64,000 bases of DNA, from contig OZ223236.1 of NCBI GenBank assembly GCA_965140445.1, forward strand, positions 2,688,001 through 2,752,000, read 5' to 3'. The notes under the pieces were generated by a model that ran no database searches, was not told the origin of the DNA, and saw nothing but the letters and a program-made list of their open reading frames with translations. Positions 28,079-35,828 of the stretch are shown in pieces (within the stretch, counting starts at the first letter, position 1; each line of letters begins with the position of its first letter). The DNA is from Candidatus Ozemobacteraceae bacterium (GTDB lineage Bacteria; Muiribacteriota; Ozemobacteria; Ozemobacterales; Ozemobacteraceae). Position numbers and translations under genes: made by a program.

Positions 28079-29776
28079 ATGGAAAGAAAAAGGATTTTGA
28101 TTATTGGAGGCTCTGCTGCGGGGCCAAAAGCGGCGGCAAGGGCCAGACGCATGGATGAAAATGCGGAAATAACAATCATTCAAAAGTCTCCAGACCTTTC
28201 TATGGCTTCTTGCGGTTATCCTTATTTCGTGGGCGGCTTTTTTGACGATCGTAATCAGCTTCTTTGTACCCCTACAGGTGTAGTGAGAAATCCAGACTTT
28301 TTTCTGAATGCGAAGGGAATTGTTGCAAAAAAGCTTACTGAAGCCATTGCCATTGATCGTGAAAAAAAGCTGGTAACAGTAAAAAACCTCAAAACTCAGG
28401 AAAAAGAAAACCTGTCATATGACAAGCTAATTTTAGCTACTGGTGCTAAACCCAGGATGCCAAATGTTCCGGGGATTGAGTTAGAAGGAATAACTACTCT
28501 GCAGTGTATGCAGGATGCAGACTATTTAAGAAAGATTGCTGATGATAAGAAAATAAAGAAAGCGGTTGTTATAGGCGGAGGATTGATTGGTATCGAAACC
28601 TGTGAAGCATTGCATCTTGCAGGCATAGAAATAACCGTTGTCGAAATGCTTCCTCAGTTGCTTTCATTCCTTGACCCTGAGATGGCAAAGTTGGTAGAAA
28701 ACCATGTTCGCAGTAAGGGGGCAAATGTTATATGTAATAATGGCCTTGCCAAATTCCTTGGGCAGGATGGAAAACTTACTGGAATCAAACTCCAGAATGG
28801 CACTGAGCTTTCCTGCGATCTCGCCATTGTAGCGATAGGAGTAATTCCAAATACTGATCTTGCGGTTCAGGCAAATCTCTCGATTGGAAAAACCGGTGGA
28901 ATATCGGTCAACAAATACATGCAAACTTCTGATCCAGACATTTATGCCATAGGAGATTGCATAGAAGTTACTCAAAGAATAACAGGTAAAAAAGTTCTTG
29001 CTCCATATGGTGATCTTGCCAACCTTGAAGGTCGCGTTGCTGGTGAAAACTCTATTTCAGGAAATGTAAAAGAATTTCCTGGAACAATTCAAACTGGTAT
29101 TTGCAAAGTTTTCGATTTTTCTGCCGGGGCAACTGGACTATCAGAGAGAGTTGCAGCTAGAGAAGGAATTGCAGACTTTGAGACAGTTATAAATGCAAGC
29201 CCTGATAAACCTGGATTTATGAAAGGTCTACTGCTGGTTTCCAAGCTTTTGGTAGAAAGGAAATCACGAAAAATTCTGGGTGCACAATGTGTTGGACCTG
29301 GAGATGTTTCTAAGCAGATTGCTCAATGGGCAATGGCAATATTAGGGGGCTTAACAGTTGATGATGTTGTAAATGCTGACCTTCCGTATGCTCCACCTTT
29401 TTCTCTTGCTATTGATCATGCAATTGCAACAGCGCATTTATTGCAGAATAAACTTGATGGTTTGATGAATGGAATCTCTGCAACCAAGCTTAGAGAGATG
29501 ATAGACGCGGGAGATGAACTTACAATAATTGATGCTCGTAGTTCAGAAGAATTTGAAGCTATGCGTTTAGGAATTGGGGAAAAGCTTATTCCTCTTGGTG
29601 CTTTAAGAAAGCGCCTTGGCGAACTTCCAGAGGATAAAAACGCTCCTATCGTTTGTTTCTGCAAAATTTCTCTAAGAGGCTATGAAGCTGCAAGGGTGTT
29701 AGTTGGCAATGGCTACACTAATGTAAAAGTAATGGAAGGTGGAATCATGGCTTGGCCATTCCCTAGAGAAAAGTAA
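28079..29776 (+). CDS. CoA-disulfide/persulfide reductase with C-terminal rhodanese domain (Npsr/CoADR-RHD type)
   Basis: GGSAAG FAD motif, redox Cys in SMASCGYPY, GGGLIG NAD(P)H motif, YAIGD, YAPPFS, rhodanese CKISLRG. Confidence 0.92.
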   Translation: MERKRILIIGGSAAGPKAAARARRMDENAEITIIQKSPDLSMASCGYPYFVGGFFDDRNQLLCTPTGVVRNPDFFLNAKGIVAKKLTEAIAIDREKKLVTVKNLKTQEKENLSYDKLILATGAKPRMPNVPGIELEGITTLQCMQDADYLRKIADDKKIKKAVVIGGGLIGIETCEALHLAGIEITVVEMLPQLLSFLDPEMAKLVENHVRSKGANVICNNGLAKFLGQDGKLTGIKLQNGTELSCDLAIVAIGVIPNTDLAVQANLSIGKTGGISVNKYMQTSDPDIYAIGDCIEVTQRITGKKVLAPYGDLANLEGRVAGENSISGNVKEFPGTIQTGICKVFDFSAGATGLSERVAAREGIADFETVINASPDKPGFMKGLLLVSKLLVERKSRKILGAQCVGPGDVSKQIAQWAMAILGGLTVDDVVNADLPYAPPFSLAIDHAIATAHLLQNKLDGLMNGISATKLREMIDAGDELTIIDARSSEEFEAMRLGIGEKLIPLGALRKRLGELPEDKNAPIVCFCKISLRGYEAARVLVGNGYTNVKVMEGGIMAWPFPREK

Positions 29777-29786
29777 TAAAAATTGT

Positions 29787-29820
29787 AAAAGGCGGGAGCA
29801 GTAATGTTCCCGTCTTTTTT
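29787..29820 (+). terminator. Rho-independent terminator
   Basis: AAAAGGCGGGAGCA-GTAA-TGTTCCCGTCTTTTTT. Confidence 0.88.
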
Positions 29821-29957
29821 ATTTTAGAAAAGAAAGAGTTTTCCATGAAGGACCATAATTGTGATGAATACTTTATCAAAGTTATTAAACCAAATTATGA
29901 TCCGCTAATTTTAGAGCTTTTAAGGCAATAATTATTGGCATAAGCCAAAAAAAAAGA

Positions 29958-29986
29958 TTGATTTTTACAAAGTAATATTTTATAAT
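29958..29986 (+). promoter_or_regulatory. Sigma70-type promoter upstream of the MBL gene
   Basis: TTGATT-17 nt-TATAAT. Confidence 0.6.
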
Positions 29987-30088
29987 ACTTTTAACTTAAT
30001 CTAAATGCATTCTGAAATAATATTTCAGCCGATTCTCTTAATTAGATAGTTGCAACTTTGAAATAGAATTACTTAGAAGGCAAAAAAA

Positions 30089-30892
30089 ATGGTAAATCAA
30101 AATAATACAGTGAAAATTACTTTTCTGATGGATAACAAAGCCGGGCCAGAATGCGTAAGTGAACATGGCCTTTCTATTCTTATAGAAGCGGAAAAGTTCA
30201 TTCTTTTTGATGCAGGCCAGAGTAATAATTTTAAGGTCAACTCCAAAGCAATTGGACTAGACCTAAATGGACTGGATACGGCTGTCTTAAGTCATGGTCA
30301 CTATGACCATGGAAATGGCTTCGTGCATATACCTGGGTTAAAGTTGATTTGTCATCCTGAATGTTTTACCAGACGTTACCGAGAAAAAAAATCAAGTTAC
30401 ATAGGTTTGCAATTCGATCAAGATTTTGCAAAAGAAAAATTTGATTTGGTTTTAAGCTCTGCCCCATACAAGGTTTCAGACAAGGTGACTTTTTTGGGTG
30501 AAATTCCTCGTCTAAACTCTTTTGAAGCAAAAGACACTAGTTTTTTTAAAGAAAACGGAGATCCTGACTTTGTAATTGATGATTCCGGGTTAGTTGTTGA
30601 TACTTCAAAAGGCCTTATAATTATTGTTGGATGTGGTCATGCTGGGATTTGTAACATTATTGAGTATGCAAAAAAGCTTTCGGGAAAAGATAAAATTGTT
30701 GCTGTAATTGGTGGTTTCCATTTAAAGACTGAAAGTAGTTTGATAGAGCCGACAATAGACTATCTAAAAAGGCAAAACATTGGAGTATTGATCCCGTGTC
30801 ATTGTGTGGATGAGCCTGTTATAGCCCAAATGAAAAAATGTCTTAATGTAGAAACCATTTTTTCTGGCAAAAAATTAGAATTTCTTGATTAA
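30089..30892 (+). CDS. MBL-fold metallohydrolase (COG1237-like)
   Basis: EHGLS, FDAG, SHGHYDH, GCGHAG, GGFH, PCHC. Confidence 0.9.
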   Translation: MVNQNNTVKITFLMDNKAGPECVSEHGLSILIEAEKFILFDAGQSNNFKVNSKAIGLDLNGLDTAVLSHGHYDHGNGFVHIPGLKLICHPECFTRRYREKKSSYIGLQFDQDFAKEKFDLVLSSAPYKVSDKVTFLGEIPRLNSFEAKDTSFFKENGDPDFVIDDSGLVVDTSKGLIIIVGCGHAGICNIIEYAKKLSGKDKIVAVIGGFHLKTESSLIEPTIDYLKRQNIGVLIPCHCVDEPVIAQMKKCLNVETIFSGKKLEFLD

Positions 30893-31055
30893 AAAAATTG
30901 TAATAATTCTGAATTAAAAGTTCAGCGATAAAATAATTCCAACCCCCTTTTAAGTGGAAAGAAGAGATTATTTGTAATTTTCAATAATCTCTGCCTTTTT
31001 GCGCGGGTTTGGATATGAGTCTATTTCAAAAAAATCCTGTGTTAAGGAGAAAAAA

Positions 31056-32015
31056 ATGAACTGGCTTCAATCTAAGTTGCCACATTTTCCTGTGTCGGTT
31101 TTTTCAATTGTAATGGGGCTTTCTGGACTAACAATTGCCCTAAGCAAATTTTACCACCTTCAATGGTTGCCAAAGCTACTGTTTGATATGCTTCTGGGCA
31201 TAGATTTTCTTGTGTTTCTATTACTTTTTACTCTATATGCTTTAAAAATTAACTATTTTCCAGAAGAAGTCGCATTAGAGTTTAAACACCCTGTAAGAAT
31301 AAGCTTCTTTGCAACAATTTCCATTTCATTTTTGTTACTTTCGATTGCATTCTACTCCTATTGGCCAATCTTAGCTGTAGTGCTCTGGTGGATTGGTATG
31401 CTTGCCCAGACAACATTGACTTTTTTAACAATTAGATTTTGGATTCAAAATGACTATGAAATTAAAAATTGTAACCCAGCCTGGTTTATTCCTGTTGTGG
31501 GAAATATCTTGATTCCTATTTTAGGAGTTGATCTACTTCCAAAGGAGATTTCACTGTTCTTTTATGCTATAGGCATGTTCTTCTGGGTAATATTGTTTAC
31601 CGTTATTTTTTATCGCCTTATTTTTCATTCAGCTTTGCCCGAAAAGTTAGTTCCAACTTTAGTCATTTTTATCGCTCCAGCAGCGGTTGGATTCATCTCA
31701 TATATGAGAATTGCACAGTCCTGGGACATAATTTCCATGGGACTATTAGCTTTAACCTATTTCTTCATTATTCTTCTGGGAACAATGGTTAAAGATTTTT
31801 TAAAACTACCTTTCACTCTTTCTTGGTGGGCATTCACTTTTCCAATGGCTGCCGCAACTATTGCCTCAACGGTGGCTTTCCAGGTTACTCACAATCAAAT
31901 TTTTCAATATGTTTCATGGGCTTTGCTTACCATTACAGCGTTAATTATTTCAGTTGTTTTGGTTACGACAATCAAACATGTGAAAAGTGGAACCGTATGC
32001 ATCCCAGAAAGCTAA
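31056..32015 (+). CDS. TDT/SLAC1-family anion channel (TehA-like)
   Basis: FSIVMGLSG, EFKHPVRISFF, PAWFIPVVGN, PTL.IFIAP, WWAFTFP; ATG 31056 after AAGGAG. Confidence 0.9.
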   Translation: MNWLQSKLPHFPVSVFSIVMGLSGLTIALSKFYHLQWLPKLLFDMLLGIDFLVFLLLFTLYALKINYFPEEVALEFKHPVRISFFATISISFLLLSIAFYSYWPILAVVLWWIGMLAQTTLTFLTIRFWIQNDYEIKNCNPAWFIPVVGNILIPILGVDLLPKEISLFFYAIGMFFWVILFTVIFYRLIFHSALPEKLVPTLVIFIAPAAVGFISYMRIAQSWDIISMGLLALTYFFIILLGTMVKDFLKLPFTLSWWAFTFPMAAATIASTVAFQVTHNQIFQYVSWALLTITALIISVVLVTTIKHVKSGTVCIPES

Positions 32016-32080
32016 TCATGGGATTTCTATAAAATAAAACACTAAATAAAAATCAAATTTCAAAATGAAAGGAAACTATT

Positions 32081-32587
32081 ATGAAATCATATTTTTCTCT
32101 TACGATAAGCTTGTTGATTGGATTCGTATCAGGTTGTGTCTTTGCTGGTGTAGCAATGAATATTTCTGCTTCTTCGATGATGTTGAAAGAAATAAAGAGT
32201 CCATTTGATCACCCTAAGACTGTTAGCAAAATTTGTGAAAACATTGAAAAACAAGCTGGATGGCATGTTGTTTCGGTTATTAATCAGCAAGAAGAGTGTT
32301 TGAAGAATGGTGGGGCCAACATTGGCAAGTTTACAATTGTTAAATATTGCAATGGAAAAATTGCCTCAGAAATGCTTATGGCAGATGATCGCAAGAGAAT
32401 GGGAGCCATGATGCCAAAAGCTCTTGCTATTTATGAAAAAAGCAGCGGACAGGTATTTGTTTCAACTGCAAATGGCGCGGTTATGGGTAAACTATTTGGT
32501 GGCGAAGCTGAAAAGATTATAGAAAAGGTTTCTTTAGAGGTCGAAAATATGCTTAGCTTTCTAAACTTTAAGTTCTCAATTTTTTAA
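32081..32587 (+). CDS. DUF302-like protein with N-terminal anchor
   Basis: SPFD..TV, GW.V, YC..A..ML, MP..IYE..G.V.VS pattern. Confidence 0.7.
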   Translation: MKSYFSLTISLLIGFVSGCVFAGVAMNISASSMMLKEIKSPFDHPKTVSKICENIEKQAGWHVVSVINQQEECLKNGGANIGKFTIVKYCNGKIASEMLMADDRKRMGAMMPKALAIYEKSSGQVFVSTANGAVMGKLFGGEAEKIIEKVSLEVENMLSFLNFKFSIF

Positions 32588-32620
32588 ACAGAGATTGAAA
32601 AAAACTAATAAAGAACATTC

Positions 32621-32670
32621 CAGGCTGCTTGTTTTTAAGCTTGTAAATTTTGCTTGAAAATGAGCAGCTG
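32621..32670 (+). terminator. Long imperfect hairpin after the DUF302 gene
   Basis: CAGGCTGCTTGTTTTTAAGC ... GCTTGAAAATGAGCAGCTG; weak U-tail. Confidence 0.4.
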
Positions 32671-32936
32671 GTTAACATCGCAATACTTTGTTTCTCAAAA
32701 ACTGAAATAAGAATGAAGAGTTTTAGATAAAATATAGTCTGTTTGCTGCCTAAGTTAATAGTTTTTTAGGGCTCAGATTTTCATTTAGCTTTCTAGTAAG
32801 TCTGCACTTATAGTAAATGGTTTCATATTAATCCTAAAAATAATGGTAAAGCTCTTATAATAAATCAGATAATTTCAATGACATCATGAAAGTGCTATAA
32901 AATCAGAAGTCTCACTAATCATCAGGAGTTTTAAAA

Positions 32937-33470
32937 ATGGGCATTCCAACAATAAAAACTGAACGTTTAATTCTAACTCAGTTTTCTTTAGAAGATTCTT
33001 CCAGAGTTGAAGAGCTGGCTGGAAATAAAGCGGTTTCTGATACTACAGCAACAATTCCATATCCATATCCAAAAGATTCATCAAAAGAATGAATTGCTCA
33101 ACATTTGCTTTGGTTCATCCGTGGTAACGCGGTTACATTTGCCATTAGATTAAAAGATGGAACTTTAATTGGATGTGTTAGCCTCGGAGTTTCTAAAAAA
33201 GATGAAAGAGCGGAACTTGGCTATTGGATAGGGCAGGATTACTGGAATAAAGGATATGCAACAGAAGCATCCTTCGCTTGCATCGAATTTGGATTTAACC
33301 ACTTTAATTTAAATAAGATTTCTTGCAGACATCTGGGAATAAATCCCTCATCGGGAAGAGTAATGGAAAAACTTGGAATGACAAAAGAGGGATACTTAAA
33401 ACAACATTTCAAAAAGAATGGGATTTTCCATGATGTCGTTGAATACGGATTATTGAGGAAAAAGCTTTAG
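32937..33470 (+). pseudogene. RimJ/RimL-like GNAT interrupted by an in-frame TGA at 33090-33092
   Basis: AGGAG plus ATG 32937 gives [13 protein letters not shown]...IPYPY...KE*IAQH, in frame with the 33105-33470 ORF (AELGYW, WNKGY). Confidence 0.85.
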
Positions 33471-34157
33471 TTAAGGAACAATTGCAACGGGGGTACCAGT
33501 AGCAATATTCCAGAACAATTCTTCAATATGGATGTTATGCATAGCAATACTTCCATGGGTCCAGTTGGACTCAGTGCCAAAACCCTGGATCCCAATCGGG
33601 CCACCCATCTTTGTATTAGTAGGAGGCACGGTGTTGTCTTCCCAAGCTTTTATGATGGCCTGTTCTTCGCTAGGCATAACTAATTGCTGAACTGCTCCAC
33701 GTTTGGCATCATCCGGGCTGGGGTAATTCAATTGCAGAAAGAGATGATATCTGGCATCAGGGTCTTTATAGCAAATGTGGTATTGCCCTTCGGGGGTTTT
33801 ATTGTCTTTTCCGTTTAGCTTTATTCCGACCGGGTCTTTTCCTAGTGCGACAGGGTAAGTAGCAATTATAGTGTCTTCGTGAAGAAGCAACAATTCTTTG
33901 TTTCTTTTTCTGATCAGAATTTGAAGATCTAAAAGTTCTCTGGTCAAACCTGCATTTTTAAGTTTCTGATCAAAGCTCTTTATTGCTCTAGCTTTGCCTT
34001 TATTACTAAACAAATGGGCTATTTCTTCGATAAATAAATACTTAAGAGGCGTGAATAAAGTAATTAAAAAGAAAATAAAGCTGAATATCATAAAAAGCTT
34101 AAAAAATATGTCCCCGGCTTTTTTCCCAGGATGAGCAACATTACGCAAATTTGACAT
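33471..34157 (-). CDS. L,D-transpeptidase (YkuD)-fold membrane-anchored protein lacking the catalytic His/Cys
   Basis: YPVALG, GIK...DNKTPEG.Y, LNYP, GGPIGIQG ... WTHGSIAM, GTPV. Confidence 0.85.
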   Translation of the reverse strand: MSNLRNVAHPGKKAGDIFFKLFMIFSFIFFLITLFTPLKYLFIEEIAHLFSNKGKARAIKSFDQKLKNAGLTRELLDLQILIRKRNKELLLLHEDTIIATYPVALGKDPVGIKLNGKDNKTPEGQYHICYKDPDARYHLFLQLNYPSPDDAKRGAVQQLVMPSEEQAIIKAWEDNTVPPTNTKMGGPIGIQGFGTESNWTHGSIAMHNIHIEELFWNIATGTPVAIVP

Positions 34158-34170
34158 TAACTAACCCTTA

Positions 34171-34767
34171 TTAAACGATATGGCCAAACCAGGCTACAAG
34201 AATATATCTGAGAGTTCTACTAATCCAGCTTGCAAGAACAACTTTTCCAAGTGGCATATTATAGATACCCCCTATCCAACAGACGGCAGAATAGGGAATC
34301 GGAGAGACTCCTGCAACAAAAATAGCTAGGGCTCCATGGTCTTTAAAAAGTTTTCTTCCCTTTCTAAGCATGCTAGAGCCAAAAACTCTTCTAAATCTCC
34401 ATGGCCCAAAAAATCGCCCAAGAAAAAATCCTGTCATTCCACCCATCCCGCTGGAAAGACCAGCTATAAAGGCTGTTGTCCAAAGATTTGCGCCACCAAA
34501 CGATGAGCCAAAGACAATTACATCGGCTGGAATAGGTTGAATAATTACATCTGCCGCCCAGCAAAGAAGAAATAGGGCTGGATAGCCGTAATTATTAACC
34601 GTATTGGTAGCAGCAACCTTGATTGCAACGCGATAATGCAAAAAGATAAAAAATAGACCTGCCATTCCAACTAAAAATGCAATTGCAGAGCTTTTAGTGG
34701 AACCGTCAGCAAAGAATTCTCTTAAGGAAGATTTTTTTTCTTCCTGTTTGTGCTTATTGTGACTCAT
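34171..34767 (-). CDS. DedA/VTT (YqaA-like) membrane protein
   Basis: QPIPAD, GG.TGF.LGR, SPIPY, SR.LRY. Confidence 0.85.
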   Translation of the reverse strand: MSHNKHKQEEKKSSLREFFADGSTKSSAIAFLVGMAGLFFIFLHYRVAIKVAATNTVNNYGYPALFLLCWAADVIIQPIPADVIVFGSSFGGANLWTTAFIAGLSSGMGGMTGFFLGRFFGPWRFRRVFGSSMLRKGRKLFKDHGALAIFVAGVSPIPYSAVCWIGGIYNMPLGKVVLASWISRTLRYILVAWFGHIV

Positions 34768-34872
34768 AGTATTGAGCTTTCATTGGTTTTCCAAACAATC
34801 GAATCATTGGGTTGTTTTAATAACCATTAAAAAAAAATATATTAAAAAATTTTCAAAAGAATCCTAAAAGAA

Positions 34873-34910
34873 AAAAGGCGAACTAAACCTTTTGGTTTAA
34901 TTCGCCTTTT
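34873..34910 (-). terminator. Rho-independent terminator
   Basis: AAAAGGCGAA.TAAACC-loop-GGTTTA.TTCGCCTTTT just after the stop at 34923. Confidence 0.8.
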
Positions 34911-34922
34911 ATCTTTTAATAA

Positions 34923-35594
34923 TTAAATGGTTTTAAGCAAATCTCTTGTTCTTTGAGCAAGTTCCTGAATTTTTACATTTTCAGGTTTTTCATTTGCCAT
35001 GAAATTGATTTTTGTAATAATTTTTCTCAAAACCGGTTTAAAGTTTGAAATTCCTTTATCATTGGAATGATTCTTTAAATAGGTGGTAAGGACTCTTGCT
35101 TTAACTAGTGAGCCATCATTCAATTCATTAATAATAACTTCAGCAACGGTATCTTGTACAAAAGCAAGAAACTTTGAGTTTTTAAGCTTGCGGAGTCCAA
35201 CTACATTTGCTGCAAAACTGGCTTTACTGGTAATTTTTATATCAAGATGGGTTAACATTCTGCCCTTTTTGTCTCTAAGAACAAGTTTGGTTTTACCATT
35301 CTTCCAATTTTCAACTTTGCCATAAGCATGGGTAATAAAATGGCCTTTTGTATCTCTTACAACCCATTTAGATTTGCCGCTCCAGGACTCAAGGCGACCA
35401 ATGTTCCAAGTAACAAAGTGTCCTTTGCTATCCCTGACAACAAATTTAATTCCTTTGCTTTTCCAGGCTTCATAGGCTCTGGTTAAATCTTTAACTGTTC
35501 TATCTGACTGTTTGGCAGCAAAAACGCTGCTGATCTGAAATGCAAAAAGAAAAATCAGGGACAAAACTGCAAATTTTTTCAAAAAGGTTTTCAT
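34923..35594 (-). CDS. Secreted basic protein with three ~26-aa RDxKG repeats
   Basis: Signal peptide ending VFA; ATG 35594 after GGAGG; repeats visible in the translation. Confidence 0.75.
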   Translation of the reverse strand: MKTFLKKFAVLSLIFLFAFQISSVFAAKQSDRTVKDLTRAYEAWKSKGIKFVVRDSKGHFVTWNIGRLESWSGKSKWVVRDTKGHFITHAYGKVENWKNGKTKLVLRDKKGRMLTHLDIKITSKASFAANVVGLRKLKNSKFLAFVQDTVAEVIINELNDGSLVKARVLTTYLKNHSNDKGISNFKPVLRKIITKINFMANEKPENVKIQELAQRTRDLLKTI

Positions 35595-35828
35595 CGTAAC
35601 CTCCAAGGTTTTTGGGGATTATACCAGTCTATTGGTAAGAATGGCAATTTTTATACTAACTATAAATCACAAATGCGATTCTAAAACCTGGTTTTCATAA
35701 TATGAAGGTTAGTTTTAAAATCAGTAAGCAGTTATAAATACGAAATTCCAAGTGAAAAGTTTCCCAAAATTTTAAAATCAAATGTTATAATTTCTCTAAT
35801 CAAAGATCTTATTCAAGCTGGAGACAAA

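Noticed and set aside
30893..31055. Fluoride or other known riboswitch ahead of the anion channel
   Set aside because: I could not match the conserved fluoride aptamer sequence or any other aptamer I know
33090..33092. TGA as evidence of an alternative genetic code or selenocysteine
   Set aside because: TGA ends many intact genes here (e.g. 347, 4225, 14036), TGG is used for Trp throughout, and the position corresponds to Trp rather than Cys
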